This document shows, one piece after another, positions 9,445-20,162 of a stretch of 64,000 nucleotides of DNA. Below the pieces are notes generated by a model. The model was not told the DNA's origin. It saw nothing but the letters and a program-made list of their open reading frames with translations, and searched no databases. The first letter of the stretch is position 1; the number at the start of each line of letters is the position of its first letter. This DNA comes from a virus. Both the position numbers and the translations under genes were made by a program. The stretch is from the IMG/VR virus record IMGVR_UViG_3300014836_000691, positions 10,000-73,999 of that record. One strand, given 5' to 3'.

Positions 9445-10242
9445 ATGGCTGACGAAACTAAGAAAGTCGAAGCGTATGGTGGCCTGCTCACTTACGGCGT
9501 GATAGGGGCCCCAGAAGCCCAACCAGATTGGACGATGAGTGTGGATGTGAGAGGCTTGCTTGAGGGCAACTTCAAGCAATACTACCCCACGCTTCAGAAA
9601 AACACAGCCGCCCCCCAGAAGGGCGACCCGCATCCTATGGATGCTCGGCTTAGATGCTACAAGTCTTCTGCCCAGTTTACGAAGATGAATGGGGCATACA
9701 TTACGGCTGATTATATCGGTCTTTCCAAAGACCCCACCGAAGCGGAGTGGGAGGTCACTTCCGCTACTTCGGAAACCAGCATTATCTTTCACCCGCAGTT
9801 CCCACTATGGACTTTTTCTCAGTTTCCGACCAAGGAGAATAAGTATCAGTTCCGATACAACGAGAAATATGTCGAAACTGACCCCAATGACTCGTTGAAG
9901 TTCGTCCGATTCAAACTTTCCGCACCCTACGGCTTTGGCGGTGTCGAATCCTACTTCGTCCCAAGAGGCACTATCAGAGCGACCTTTTACACAGGCAAGA
10001 AGTCGCTGGTTGGCGACATACTTGGAAACCTCGGCAAGTGGCGTAAGACCCCATTATATGTCCCCGAAGATGTGCTTCCCAAGGCTGGTGACGCATCTTG
10101 GCTTTTGGTTAACGCTGGCATCACCGAATACGGCCCAGTCTACAAAGTCCAAACAGAGTGGATGCAGTCCGAACACGGACAGCCTTGGAACATTTACATC
10201 TACTCGGAATACGAAAGCACCTTTAAACCAAGACCTCTCTAA
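9445..10242 (+). CDS. tail tip / distal tail-like protein
   Basis: Immediately after the tape measure gene; beta-rich. Confidence 0.55.
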   Translation: MADETKKVEAYGGLLTYGVIGAPEAQPDWTMSVDVRGLLEGNFKQYYPTLQKNTAAPQKGDPHPMDARLRCYKSSAQFTKMNGAYITADYIGLSKDPTEAEWEVTSATSETSIIFHPQFPLWTFSQFPTKENKYQFRYNEKYVETDPNDSLKFVRFKLSAPYGFGGVESYFVPRGTIRATFYTGKKSLVGDILGNLGKWRKTPLYVPEDVLPKAGDASWLLVNAGITEYGPVYKVQTEWMQSEHGQPWNIYIYSEYESTFKPRPL

Positions 10243-11447
10243 TGTCTGCATCCCCATTTGGTAGCGGTAGAGTCCCCTCCAATCATATCTCGCCTAGGGT
10301 TGGCGGTGGTCAATCCATTAAGCCCAGCCACATCAACAAACTATCTGAGGCTGTAGACAGGTCTGCAATCAGCGGTGGTAAGGGGATTCGGGTGTCAAAG
10401 ACACCCCTCTCCACCAGTATTGTAATTCCCGAAAAGACTAACCTTTCTTCCGTTTCTTGGTATGCTAGACGAGCCGATGAAAAAATCGTCTTCAATGTGG
10501 GCAAGTTTTTTTACGGTGATGGAGATTCCAATGGGAACAGCCAGAACCAATGGTTTTCTAACAAGTTCTACAACTGGTCTGCCACCAGATACTACGAAAA
10601 TCCTACTACGGACGGTGAGCATATGCAGGGTGCTGAAATCTTTTTTGACCTCCCAGAAGCCAACTATCTGACCAACACGCAGATTAAGAATGGGTCTATC
10701 CCCTTGGAGTGTAAGTTACAGCAAGGTCTTTACTACATCGAGGTATCGGCGTGGTCTGGTAAGCAAATGACCAATCCGTTTGCTGGCGTTGAGAATAAGA
10801 CGGACAATATGAACGATTTTATCAACGAACTTCCAGAGTGGAACTCCCACTCGCAGGAAATGAGTGGTGAAAATGTGCCTATTTTGAAATACGCCCCAAA
10901 AGACAAGATGAAGACGCTGGGGAATGCAGTTTACCCAATCTGCACGGTAGACCAAGACGGCTTTGTTTTCAGAGGGATAACCACGGACATTTTTGCCAAT
11001 TCGTCCAGCAACAAGCACCCCTACAAACTGACGGTCTACAAGTATGATGACACTTGGTATATTGATGTGGCTTTTGGCACGGTTAATAACAAAATCCCAA
11101 CATATGAAGACGGCTATGAAGTCGGAGATTTTGATGGCGGTATTGAAATCGGAAGTGGAAACACTCTTTCCGAGACTACCCACAATGTCATTCTTCAACT
11201 TGATTATGTCGAGGAAGAACCGTTCCCCTCGCCCCCCTCTACGGTCTTTGCAAGCGAAGAGGATGTTGAAGACAACACGGACGACACAGGCTATGTTCTT
11301 ATTGGGCGTGTCACGGTGGCTATGGAGGGCCAAGGGCAGGAAGCCCGCCCAGTATTCGATATTGAGCAAGCGGTCACAGGGTCGCTATGGGTTGAGAGAT
11401 TCAAGTGTGGTAAAGAAGACGCACTTTACTGGACTACTCGCATTTAA
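10242..11447 (+). CDS. tail tip / baseplate-associated protein
   Basis: Translationally coupled within the tail operon. Confidence 0.55.
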   Translation: MSASPFGSGRVPSNHISPRVGGGQSIKPSHINKLSEAVDRSAISGGKGIRVSKTPLSTSIVIPEKTNLSSVSWYARRADEKIVFNVGKFFYGDGDSNGNSQNQWFSNKFYNWSATRYYENPTTDGEHMQGAEIFFDLPEANYLTNTQIKNGSIPLECKLQQGLYYIEVSAWSGKQMTNPFAGVENKTDNMNDFINELPEWNSHSQEMSGENVPILKYAPKDKMKTLGNAVYPICTVDQDGFVFRGITTDIFANSSSNKHPYKLTVYKYDDTWYIDVAFGTVNNKIPTYEDGYEVGDFDGGIEIGSGNTLSETTHNVILQLDYVEEEPFPSPPSTVFASEEDVEDNTDDTGYVLIGRVTVAMEGQGQEARPVFDIEQAVTGSLWVERFKCGKEDALYWTTRI

Positions 11448-13282
11448 TGGCTGACGAAAATTACATTCACGAAGGAATCCCCCTTCGGGTTGGTGCTACA
11501 CGCTGTGTCCTTGGGACACTCAGAAGCGACCCAGATACGGTTGAGGCTACGAACGAAACTACGGACTACGAGCAAGTCACAGGGTGTTCTCCTAGAAACC
11601 CTAAGCACGAAATCTTGACGGACGACACGGACGATAAGGTAACGCAAATGGGGTGCTGGCTTTCCTATCCAGCAAAACTCCCACAGTCTTTGGAGAATCC
11701 AGATACGCACTTGGTGATTAAGGCGAGAGGGCCTTTGACGCTTGATGATGAAGGAGAGTGGATACTTCCTAAAATAACTCTTACTTTAAGACCCCTAAAG
11801 TCAGCCTTGGACTACAAGTGGGTTAGAGACTTTACATCTCAGATGCCAGTTGCACCTGTTTATTGGTATGGTGCGGAGAATAAGCATTCTACATACGCTG
11901 AAAATAGTGATGGGGAAATGGTTGTAAACGATTTTGTAATCAACTACGATTATTACGGCGAAACACACCCTCCAGCAACGCTTGTAAGTGATGGAAATGG
12001 TCGCTGGATTCCATCTGACACTTATTATGCGGGAATTGATGGCTACTACACCAACCAAGGGATAGCCGCTAACGCATTTGACGAAACTGGTGCTGGCAGT
12101 CCAATGTATCTTAAGGCAGACTTTTACTGGAAAACTGAGGATAAGCCCTCCACTATCCCATCGCACTACGCCCCGCCCCTTCAGCCAGAGGAGATAGACT
12201 TGACGCTTTACCCAAGGGCTGAGGGCGAGGAAGCCTATGATTTTAAGAGAAATGAGTCTTGGGATTTGCGTTATCGCTTTCCTTATTGGTGGCAAACGAG
12301 GGGTGGTTATCCTTGGTTAAATACGGATAGGGACAAATACATCTGGAACGCCCCTACCGATTCAATGTTGAACAACCCCTTTAACCAATCCTTTTTTATT
12401 GGTGGTTTACCAGAAACCCTAGTGCCTGTCGGAAAGTTTATGCGGGTGCGTGACCCATCTGCCTTTCCAATTTCAATAGGAACAGACCCCAGAGAGAAGT
12501 TTTACAAAATCAGAAACCTCTTTGCCTTAAAGCAAATCGAGTCCTGCACCAAAATCCGCAAGCGATACCCATATTCCTTTTCAATTTATCCCGCACTTTA
12601 CAACAGGCGTATCGTTTCGGTTATAGACTGGAATCCAGAAAATTACAGCGAGTATGAAGAGCCGCCTTTTGGCGACAGCACTACATACACCAAGGGAACT
12701 TCATACGACCAATATACGGTCACTTACCCTGCCGAAAAAGACCCGCCTTGGGGAAACGAAGAGGCTGCTCCGCACTACAAGTGTGACTCTTGGTGGCGTA
12801 TGGAAATCGAACTAAATAAGTGCGAATGGAACTTCTCCGAGTCGCTTGATAAAGGCTGGAAGATTAAGGGCATTATTAAGTATGGGAGTAAGCAAGTAAT
12901 TGGAACTGTTAGCGAGGCCCCAAATTACAACCTTGGTTGGCGATGGACAGGGGAGGGGCAAATAAGCCCCTTCAATCAAAATAATCCCACAAGCAACTAT
13001 TACATAAGAAATGGGATATGGATGAACCAATGTTTTGGCTTCAATTCAAACACCGACGAACCAGACTCTTTTGAAGATGCTGGTCAGACGGAGTTTGAGG
13101 TTGAGGTGACGACAAGAAATGCGAAGGGTAAAAAAATAAAAGTTCTCGACTTCCCCATTGGTGGCAAAGCCATCGCACCTTGGAACGAAGAGGAGGTTCA
13201 GTTTGGCAACGAACCAAACTCTAGCATCAACTTTATCACCGACTTTTACATAACAGAAATCATCCCGCCATCAGCGGAGTGA
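11447..13282 (+). CDS. tail-associated structural protein
   Basis: 611 aa, aromatic-rich, within the tail operon. Confidence 0.55.
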   Translation: MADENYIHEGIPLRVGATRCVLGTLRSDPDTVEATNETTDYEQVTGCSPRNPKHEILTDDTDDKVTQMGCWLSYPAKLPQSLENPDTHLVIKARGPLTLDDEGEWILPKITLTLRPLKSALDYKWVRDFTSQMPVAPVYWYGAENKHSTYAENSDGEMVVNDFVINYDYYGETHPPATLVSDGNGRWIPSDTYYAGIDGYYTNQGIAANAFDETGAGSPMYLKADFYWKTEDKPSTIPSHYAPPLQPEEIDLTLYPRAEGEEAYDFKRNESWDLRYRFPYWWQTRGGYPWLNTDRDKYIWNAPTDSMLNNPFNQSFFIGGLPETLVPVGKFMRVRDPSAFPISIGTDPREKFYKIRNLFALKQIESCTKIRKRYPYSFSIYPALYNRRIVSVIDWNPENYSEYEEPPFGDSTTYTKGTSYDQYTVTYPAEKDPPWGNEEAAPHYKCDSWWRMEIELNKCEWNFSESLDKGWKIKGIIKYGSKQVIGTVSEAPNYNLGWRWTGEGQISPFNQNNPTSNYYIRNGIWMNQCFGFNSNTDEPDSFEDAGQTEFEVEVTTRNAKGKKIKVLDFPIGGKAIAPWNEEEVQFGNEPNSSINFITDFYITEIIPPSAE

Positions 13283-13326
13283 GATAAATGGGGCTTGGGC
13301 ATCGTTGACAAGAAGCCAAAGACAAG

Positions 13327-15846
13327 ATGCCTTCGCCCTCGCTAGTCCTTTGGGTTGACTCCGCAAAATCCAACTTTGTTGCCGAATGGCAGTCCACTTT
13401 GGATGCCGCCGACCTTACCCTACGCCAAGGCGACAATCTTGGCATCGAACTCCATTGGGTCAAGCGAGTCTCCACGACAGGTAGCATTATGGACGAGGTG
13501 GAATGGCCTGCCTCTGCCAATATCACTATGGCTGTGGGTCGCCTCGATGCCCCGCCCACCGCTGGCACATTCGCTCTCTCATACGCCTCTGAGACGACTT
13601 CTGAATTGCCCTATAACGCTACGGCTCAACAGGTAGAAGATGCCTTAAATCTCCTCACAGGCATCTCTACGGATGGTGGCGTAACGGTCACCAAGATTGC
13701 GACCACTTATAGAATCGTATGGGATGAGGACGGTGTGCCTTCCAGCACTCTTACGGTTGATTCCAACGACCTTACGCCAACCAGCACCGTTGCCATCGGC
13801 AACGCCAGAACTGGCACTTCTACGCTTCGCCAGATTTATCAGATTCACATCAAGCAGTCCCCTGTTGCCGTTTGCACAGAATGGGAGAATCAGACGGAAG
13901 CCTCGGTGAGCATCGAGCAGACCCACATCCCCGCCTATTCGGGTGATTACAGGGTCTGGAGAATGACTATTGAGCCAGCACCTAAGTCTGGTTCGTTCAG
14001 AATTGGCAAAACGGTCAATTCCACGGTTGTTTGGTCTACTCCGATTATCGCCACCAGCATCGGGGCTGGAACGCTTGAGACGGCACTAGGAATGAGTGTC
14101 ACGCAGGTCGCTCCATACAAGTTCGACATTTTCCAAACGCAACTTACTGGCGATATCACTAATGTTACCGCCCTTCAAGCGGACGACAGCGGTATTATCA
14201 GTTTCTCGGCTAAGTATGGGGTTCTTAATCTTAACACGCTGGACTTAGAACTTCTGCTTGGCGGTGCGGCTTCTGCCAAGGCTAAGATTGAAATCGAGGT
14301 CGAAGTGAACGGTGCAAGACAGACGATTGTCCAAAAGGAGATTACCATTGTAAACGACCTTATCGACACAGATGCTTATGAATTGGTGGAATGGGGAGAT
14401 GTGATTCCTGCGGATTCTGTGGTTCGCTTTGATACCAGCCAAGCCCTTACAAACCCTCAGAAACTTCAAGCCAGAACCAATATCGGGGCTATTTCGTTGA
14501 ATGAGGTTGGGGATATTACCGACACCACGGACGACCACGAATCTCGCATTCTTACATTAGAGACAACCACCCTTACATCCAACCAAAAGGCGGCTGTTGC
14601 AGGTGCTTCCACTCCCTCTGGCTCTAATGTATTAATCAGCACTTCGGCTCTCACAAGTGCATTGGCTGGGTATAGCCCGACAGGGCATAGCCATACAATC
14701 GCTGATGTTACTGGTCTTCAAACGGCGTTAAATGGGAAGGCAAGCACAACGCACACACACGCTATTGAGGACATTACCGACCTCGCCACCGAACTGTCCG
14801 ACCTTTCACTTGAACTTACTGGCAAGGCAAACACATCGCATACTCACACGCTCTTAAATATTACGGACTGGGCTTCTACCTACACCTCAATCAATAATGC
14901 TATCGCTGAAAAGGCTGATGAGATTCATACCCACGCCGTTTCCGACATTTCTGGGCTTCAAACAGCCATAAACGGCATTAATAGCGACATTTCTGGCTTA
15001 GATAGCAGGGTTGTGAGCCTTGAAAACACCTTGTATGTCACCGAAGCACCAATAGATGGTCTTTCTTACGCAAGAGTAGATGGGAATTGGACTAATTCTC
15101 CGACTTTTGATTCTATTATCTTTGGTGATTTGAGCGAACAAACTTCCGCCGCAGTTCCCGCCACAGGCGGTTCTTTCTCTGGTCGTGTGGGAATTAACGG
15201 CCCTGTTCCAACAAACGCCAACTACGCACTTGGGGTTTTTGACGGTCACATTGTGACGACTAATGGGTATGGCGTGGCGTTTGGTGACGGCACGACTCAA
15301 ATCACGGCTGGCATTCCGCTTACTGGCGGGACTGCTACTGGGAAAGTTAATTTCACTTCCGTAAGCGGAGCCGCAGGATTGAACATCGGTATCGGTGGAA
15401 CAAGCACTTCGTCTACTACCGCTGGCGATATGTGGATTTCGACTGGCGGTGTTCTCATCAATTATCGTGATGGAAACGGCACTTGGCGAAGCCTTGCGGC
15501 ATTAAACAATGGAAACACCTTTACTGCAAATCAAGTAATTGCCGCCGCCACTACTGGTGCTTTGCTTCGTGTTACCCAGACAGGCACAGGTAACGCATTG
15601 GTAGTCGAGGATACTAACAATCCAGACACTACTCCGTTTGTGATTGATGCCCACGGTAGAGTTGGCGTTGGTATCACCCCAGACGCAACAGCCGCAATTA
15701 CCGTGGACTCCGCTGGCATCAAGTTCGGGGCTAACGCCACGGTTCAATCCGTATCGGCGGTGGTTACCGCAACAGGCACATACAATAGAGAAATCCCTAT
15801 TACAATTGATGGGGTGAATTATAGAATCTCCTGCCGACAAGTCTAA
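13327..15846 (+). CDS. tail fibre protein
   Basis: Four HxH-I-x-D-I/V repeats; foldon-like EAPIDGLSYARVDGNW; FGDGTTQITA motif; Gly/Thr-rich C-terminus. Confidence 0.8.
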   Translation: MPSPSLVLWVDSAKSNFVAEWQSTLDAADLTLRQGDNLGIELHWVKRVSTTGSIMDEVEWPASANITMAVGRLDAPPTAGTFALSYASETTSELPYNATAQQVEDALNLLTGISTDGGVTVTKIATTYRIVWDEDGVPSSTLTVDSNDLTPTSTVAIGNARTGTSTLRQIYQIHIKQSPVAVCTEWENQTEASVSIEQTHIPAYSGDYRVWRMTIEPAPKSGSFRIGKTVNSTVVWSTPIIATSIGAGTLETALGMSVTQVAPYKFDIFQTQLTGDITNVTALQADDSGIISFSAKYGVLNLNTLDLELLLGGAASAKAKIEIEVEVNGARQTIVQKEITIVNDLIDTDAYELVEWGDVIPADSVVRFDTSQALTNPQKLQARTNIGAISLNEVGDITDTTDDHESRILTLETTTLTSNQKAAVAGASTPSGSNVLISTSALTSALAGYSPTGHSHTIADVTGLQTALNGKASTTHTHAIEDITDLATELSDLSLELTGKANTSHTHTLLNITDWASTYTSINNAIAEKADEIHTHAVSDISGLQTAINGINSDISGLDSRVVSLENTLYVTEAPIDGLSYARVDGNWTNSPTFDSIIFGDLSEQTSAAVPATGGSFSGRVGINGPVPTNANYALGVFDGHIVTTNGYGVAFGDGTTQITAGIPLTGGTATGKVNFTSVSGAAGLNIGIGGTSTSSTTAGDMWISTGGVLINYRDGNGTWRSLAALNNGNTFTANQVIAAATTGALLRVTQTGTGNALVVEDTNNPDTTPFVIDAHGRVGVGITPDATAAITVDSAGIKFGANATVQSVSAVVTATGTYNREIPITIDGVNYRISCRQV

Positions 15847-17081
15847 TGTCCAATACCAGACTAGTTCTTTGGATAGAGCCTAGCGAAAACCAACTCTATG
15901 CCGACTGGCAGGTGAACAACTTTGCTGAAGCCCCTGTGTTCAAACAGGGTGATGATGTAGAAGTTGAACTGCATTTAGTCCGAAGGCTTGCCAGCCAGTT
16001 TGGTATTATGGAGGAAATCCCCTTCCCAGCGGGGTGCAATATTCGCTTGGCGATTGGTCAGCAGGACAAGAGTCCGACTGCTGGAACATTTACCGTGGCG
16101 TATGATGGGGAAGTGGCTACGCTGAACTATAACTCGACTGCCCTTGAGGTTCAGACGGCTCTCAATTCGCTATCTACAATCACAGCCGCTGGTGGAGTTG
16201 TGGTGAGCAAGGTTAACACGGTCACCTACAAGGTGGATTTCAACACCGCTGGCGAGAACGAGGCATTACTGGTTAACACCTCCGCACTTGTTCCCCCATC
16301 AGCCAATAAACTAGTCACGCTTCGTGCTGGCTCGTTAAGTCTTTCTGGCTCTTACCTAATCAAAGTCTACCGTTCTCCGTGTGTCTGGCAAGACACTTGG
16401 ACTGACTTAGATACCCCCCAAGCAGTCATTACTGAACTGACTCCAAACAGGGTAAAGCGTGTCACCATATCGCCTCGCCCCAAGGGTGGAAGTTGGTTAC
16501 TAACTAGCACCGCCAATATCACCCCGAAGGTCTTAGATGCTGGGGACGAGGACGACCTCGCAACCTACTGGTCTGAGAGCATAACCCATTCCTTCTCCCC
16601 CACCGCCAAGGATTCCTCGTTCCTCTACGGACAGGACGAGAGCGTATCCTCAAACGCCATCGGAAAGAGTCGCTACCAAGCGACAGCAAGCCTTGTTGAT
16701 GCCTACACTTGGGACTTCCAACTCAGAGATGATTATGACATTCCAGTTGGCTACGCATTTCCCTTCACGGTGGACGATGGCGGTCTGATTGGTTTTAACG
16801 GCAAGACGGCATCCCTCAACCTTAACACGGTAGAAATCGACTATTTGCTGAATGGGGCATCGTCTACGACTGCCGTTATCGAAATCGAACTGGATGTTGG
16901 CGGCAAGAAGTGGACGGTATTGCAAAGGACTTGCACTATCATCAACGATTTAATCGACCAAGAAACCTTCTCTCCTATCTCCTACCAAAACGCCGTCCAA
17001 GAAGCACCTATTGACGGAAAGCAATATGTGCGTAGGGATGGAAACTGGTATGAACTCGAAATTGATGGAGGAACTTTCTAA
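15846..17081 (+). CDS. tail fibre adaptor, paralog of the N-terminal half of 13327-15846
   Basis: Shared LVLW, QGD, PTAGTF, LNLNT and TIxNDLID motifs; C-terminal foldon-like EAPIDGKQYVRRDGNW. Confidence 0.75.
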   Translation: MSNTRLVLWIEPSENQLYADWQVNNFAEAPVFKQGDDVEVELHLVRRLASQFGIMEEIPFPAGCNIRLAIGQQDKSPTAGTFTVAYDGEVATLNYNSTALEVQTALNSLSTITAAGGVVVSKVNTVTYKVDFNTAGENEALLVNTSALVPPSANKLVTLRAGSLSLSGSYLIKVYRSPCVWQDTWTDLDTPQAVITELTPNRVKRVTISPRPKGGSWLLTSTANITPKVLDAGDEDDLATYWSESITHSFSPTAKDSSFLYGQDESVSSNAIGKSRYQATASLVDAYTWDFQLRDDYDIPVGYAFPFTVDDGGLIGFNGKTASLNLNTVEIDYLLNGASSTTAVIEIELDVGGKKWTVLQRTCTIINDLIDQETFSPISYQNAVQEAPIDGKQYVRRDGNWYELEIDGGTF

Positions 17082-17420
17082 ATGAGCATTGATAAACAGT
17101 CTGATAAAAAATTGCCGTTCAAGAACGGCGGGACATTCAAACTTACCTTCAAACTCAAGACCAAGAAGGGGACTATCAACTCGTTTGACGGTCTTACCAT
17201 CAAGGGGTCTATCAGACTGGCAAATGGGTTCAAATGGAACTTGGTTATCGAAGTCGCTGACGATGGACGCTCGTTTACGGCGACCTACAACGGCTCTACC
17301 AATCTCTGGGCGACAGGGGATGCCGAAATGGACTTACTGTTCATCCGTCAGTCGGATGGGTTAATGCGTCACTCAACAACCCTTCCAGTCAAAATTGGCA
17401 AGGGAATCACCCTCAACTAA
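17082..17420 (+). CDS. small baseplate/fibre-associated beta protein
   Basis: Beta-sandwich-like pattern ending IGKGIT. Confidence 0.55.
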   Translation: MSIDKQSDKKLPFKNGGTFKLTFKLKTKKGTINSFDGLTIKGSIRLANGFKWNLVIEVADDGRSFTATYNGSTNLWATGDAEMDLLFIRQSDGLMRHSTTLPVKIGKGITLN

Positions 17421-17563
17421 TGCTCGTAGTAAGCCAAGAACTTTACTTTGAATTGCTGGTGTCCCAAGACGGATACGAGTATGGTCAGATTGTTATGACT
17501 GTCGGGGACGGCAAAACTTTTGACCTTTCGCTTAACGAAGAAGGAGGGGCAAACCGCAACTAA
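17420..17563 (+). CDS. 47-aa hypothetical protein
   Basis: TAATG overlap; fills the gap between tail genes. Confidence 0.5.
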   Translation: MLVVSQELYFELLVSQDGYEYGQIVMTVGDGKTFDLSLNEEGGANRN

Positions 17564-17566
17564 CCT

Positions 17567-19096
17567 ATGACCGTCATACGCCTTAAAAGAGGAACTACAG
17601 AGCCTACAGCCGCCGACTTGGTGACTGGCGAACTCGCCATCAACACCTCTGATGGAAGCGTCTACACGATTACTGACGCTGGGGATGTGGTAAGCATTAA
17701 AGGCTCTACCGCCACGGCATTAGTGGCTACGGTGAGAAATGGGACAGGAGCAACGCTGACAAAGGGAACTGTGGTTTACATCACAGGGGCGAGTGGCAAC
17801 AAGCCCTTAGTGGGGAAGGCACAGGCTAACGCCGAATCCACATCGGCACGAACCTACGGCATCCTGCAAGCAGACATACTTACCAATCATAATGGGACAG
17901 CGGTGCTGGCTGGTCTTTTAAGCGGTCTTGATACATCCTCTTACGCAGAAGGAACGCAACTTTACCTTTCTCCGACTGTGGCTGGTGGCATCGCCACCAC
18001 AAAGCCGTCTGCCCCTAACCACATAGTTTATATTGGCGTAATCTCACGCTCACACGCAAACCAAGGGCAAATTGAAGTCCATATAAGCAATGGGTTTGAA
18101 TTGGAGGAACTCCATAATGTCTCGATTTCGAGCGTTGCGAACAACAACCTTCTTTCATACGAGTCTTCGACCAGCCTCTGGAAGAACAAGACTTTTGCCC
18201 AACTTGGGCTGGCTACCTTAGCAAGTCCGACTTTCACAGGTTCTCCCATTGCCCCCACGCAAACAACTTCAACTAGTGGAAACACGATTGCGAACCTGTC
18301 GTATGTCTACAATGCGATTCAAGCCTACGCAGTAACACCAACCTCTCAAGGGTTTTCGGTAGGCCCTGAGTCTTACATCACCCTAACAAACAATTTAATT
18401 GCCCAAATCTCTATGACTGAGGGGGTTGAATATGGTTCGGTAAACTTCAATTACGGTTCAATGTCTGGTGTGAGTGTTGCTACGGTGATTCAAGTTTCGG
18501 ACGGCAAGATAATTTTTCCTCCCTCCTCGCACCTGCCTAGGTGGGATGCAAGGGCTATGACTGCTGGAACGAACGCCGTTGTTGAAATTAAAAAGATTGG
18601 CGGTTCTATTTACATTAGTGGCGACCTAACATTCTACCCCTATGGATACACTCTGTTTAATGCCTGTGTTGAAAATGTAGACTTGATGGATAATTACGGC
18701 AATCTCTGGACTGGCTACTTCACCCACAGAGAAGTTGTTGCTGATGGGAACGGAGGAGAAATTACTACCGATAATCCAAACTCCAACGGATGCTGGCATC
18801 CTTACGGATTCAACTATTCCTACGAGCAGACCGATGTTCAATCCTTCAATTGGGTGGCTTACGACAATCTTGGGAACGACATTGGAAACGGCATCTTTAA
18901 CTACTCATACAGTTACACAAGCACTTTTGCTGACGGTTCTGGTGGTTCTACAAGCACAGGCGAAACCTATGGTGCTTCGGCTGGAGACGAGATTTATACC
19001 ACAAGTTACTGGGATTCCGCTGGTCAGCAATACATTTACATCAGAGTCTTATACAATGGGTATGCTTCATACTACCAAGAACAATACACTATTTAA
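17567..19096 (+). CDS. tail fibre / receptor-binding protein
   Basis: N-terminal IRLKRGT..P...L..GELAINT.DG; ELEELHNV..YESSTSLWKN; LASPTFTGSPIAPT fibre motifs. Confidence 0.8.
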   Translation: MTVIRLKRGTTEPTAADLVTGELAINTSDGSVYTITDAGDVVSIKGSTATALVATVRNGTGATLTKGTVVYITGASGNKPLVGKAQANAESTSARTYGILQADILTNHNGTAVLAGLLSGLDTSSYAEGTQLYLSPTVAGGIATTKPSAPNHIVYIGVISRSHANQGQIEVHISNGFELEELHNVSISSVANNNLLSYESSTSLWKNKTFAQLGLATLASPTFTGSPIAPTQTTSTSGNTIANLSYVYNAIQAYAVTPTSQGFSVGPESYITLTNNLIAQISMTEGVEYGSVNFNYGSMSGVSVATVIQVSDGKIIFPPSSHLPRWDARAMTAGTNAVVEIKKIGGSIYISGDLTFYPYGYTLFNACVENVDLMDNYGNLWTGYFTHREVVADGNGGEITTDNPNSNGCWHPYGFNYSYEQTDVQSFNWVAYDNLGNDIGNGIFNYSYSYTSTFADGSGGSTSTGETYGASAGDEIYTTSYWDSAGQQYIYIRVLYNGYASYYQEQYTI

Positions 19097-19099
19097 CTT

Positions 19100-19327
19100 A
19101 TGGACACACTACCTCCACTCAAAGAGTTTCCAATCCCGCAGGGATGGAACGCCCTGCTTAACCACGAAAGAAAGACCGCCCTTTTTCTGGGGAGTGTGGT
19201 TAACCCTAACGCCAAGGCAAAGAGCAGACTGGAACTGATTACTAAGGCTACGGAGAATGAGTTAAGAAGTTACATCGCTGAACTTAAATACGAACTTCTC
19301 ACGCTTCCCAAGCAAAAGCAGGTCTGA
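19100..19327 (+). CDS. hypothetical protein, possible fibre chaperone
   Basis: Small ORF directly after the fibre gene. Confidence 0.55.
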   Translation: MDTLPPLKEFPIPQGWNALLNHERKTALFLGSVVNPNAKAKSRLELITKATENELRSYIAELKYELLTLPKQKQV

Positions 19328-19361
19328 CAACCGCTAGGGGTGGACAAGCGTCCACAGATGT

Positions 19362-20162
19362 ATGCGGAGGTTGTCCACACTACTCACAGGGTTACTCACA
19401 GTCCTATTGGTAGGATGCGGCACACCCAAGAAGGAACTCCCTCCACTCCCAGAGCCAGCGGTGACGAATGGGCTTGCTGGTGCGGAGCAAGTCTTGGATA
19501 AGGCTACGGCAGAACGCCTGTCGAAAGCAGCCGCATCTGTCGGGGTCGCACACATCCTTGCGAAGAAGAACCCTCAATCTAAAAACAATGATGTGTTAGT
19601 TAACGAACTTGGACTAGCCAAGTCTCTGACTGGACACGCAGAACCGAAAGACTGGGATGAAGCCAAGAAGCGTTCTGAAGCCGCCATCGGCGGTGACCTT
19701 ACCCAAGTCTATGCCAAACTCAATGAGGAAGCCGTTGCCCTTCGCCAAAAACTGGCAGAAGCGGACAAAAAATACGAAACGGAGAAGGCGAAAAAACAAG
19801 CGGAATACGAAGCCAAACTCAAAGAGAGCGACCAGAAGATTAAGCAGGAGCAGGAAATGCGTAGGCTGGAAGCGGAAGAAGCAAGGAAAGACAAGTTCCT
19901 TTACTTGGGGGGACTTGTTTGCCTTATTGCGGCGGGTATCTTCGTCTTCGGTTCTAAGCAAGATGGGGTTGAAGCCTTCCTTGCTGGCTCGGCAATAGCC
20001 TCCCTTGGCTTCATTTGGGGACACCCCTACTTTATCTACATTGTCGGAGCGTTTGCGTTCTTGGCTTTTATCAAGGTCGCTCTCTTGCTCTTCAAGCATA
20101 AGAAGAAGAAGTCAGACTGCACGAATGGGGCATCCCAAGAGGTCAAGGAGGAGGGTAAGTGA
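19362..20162 (+). CDS. lipoprotein with coiled coil and C-terminal TM helices (spanin-like)
   Basis: Lipobox LLVG-C, long coiled coil, hydrophobic C-terminal segments; adjacent to the holin. Confidence 0.6.
   Translation: MRRLSTLLTGLLTVLLVGCGTPKKELPPLPEPAVTNGLAGAEQVLDKATAERLSKAAASVGVAHILAKKNPQSKNNDVLVNELGLAKSLTGHAEPKDWDEAKKRSEAAIGGDLTQVYAKLNEEAVALRQKLAEADKKYETEKAKKQAEYEAKLKESDQKIKQEQEMRRLEAEEARKDKFLYLGGLVCLIAAGIFVFGSKQDGVEAFLAGSAIASLGFIWGHPYFIYIVGAFAFLAFIKVALLLFKHKKKKSDCTNGASQEVKEEGK

Noticed and set aside
6762-19096. Many minus-strand ORFs of 100-280 aa opposite the tail genes, and similarly at 34780-35625 and 56504-57437
   Set aside because: Antisense shadows of strongly supported plus-strand genes, with no recognisable motifs.
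18600-19096. Diversity-generating retroelement target in the Tyr/Asn-rich fibre C-terminus
   Set aside because: No template repeat or reverse transcriptase is seen in the window.
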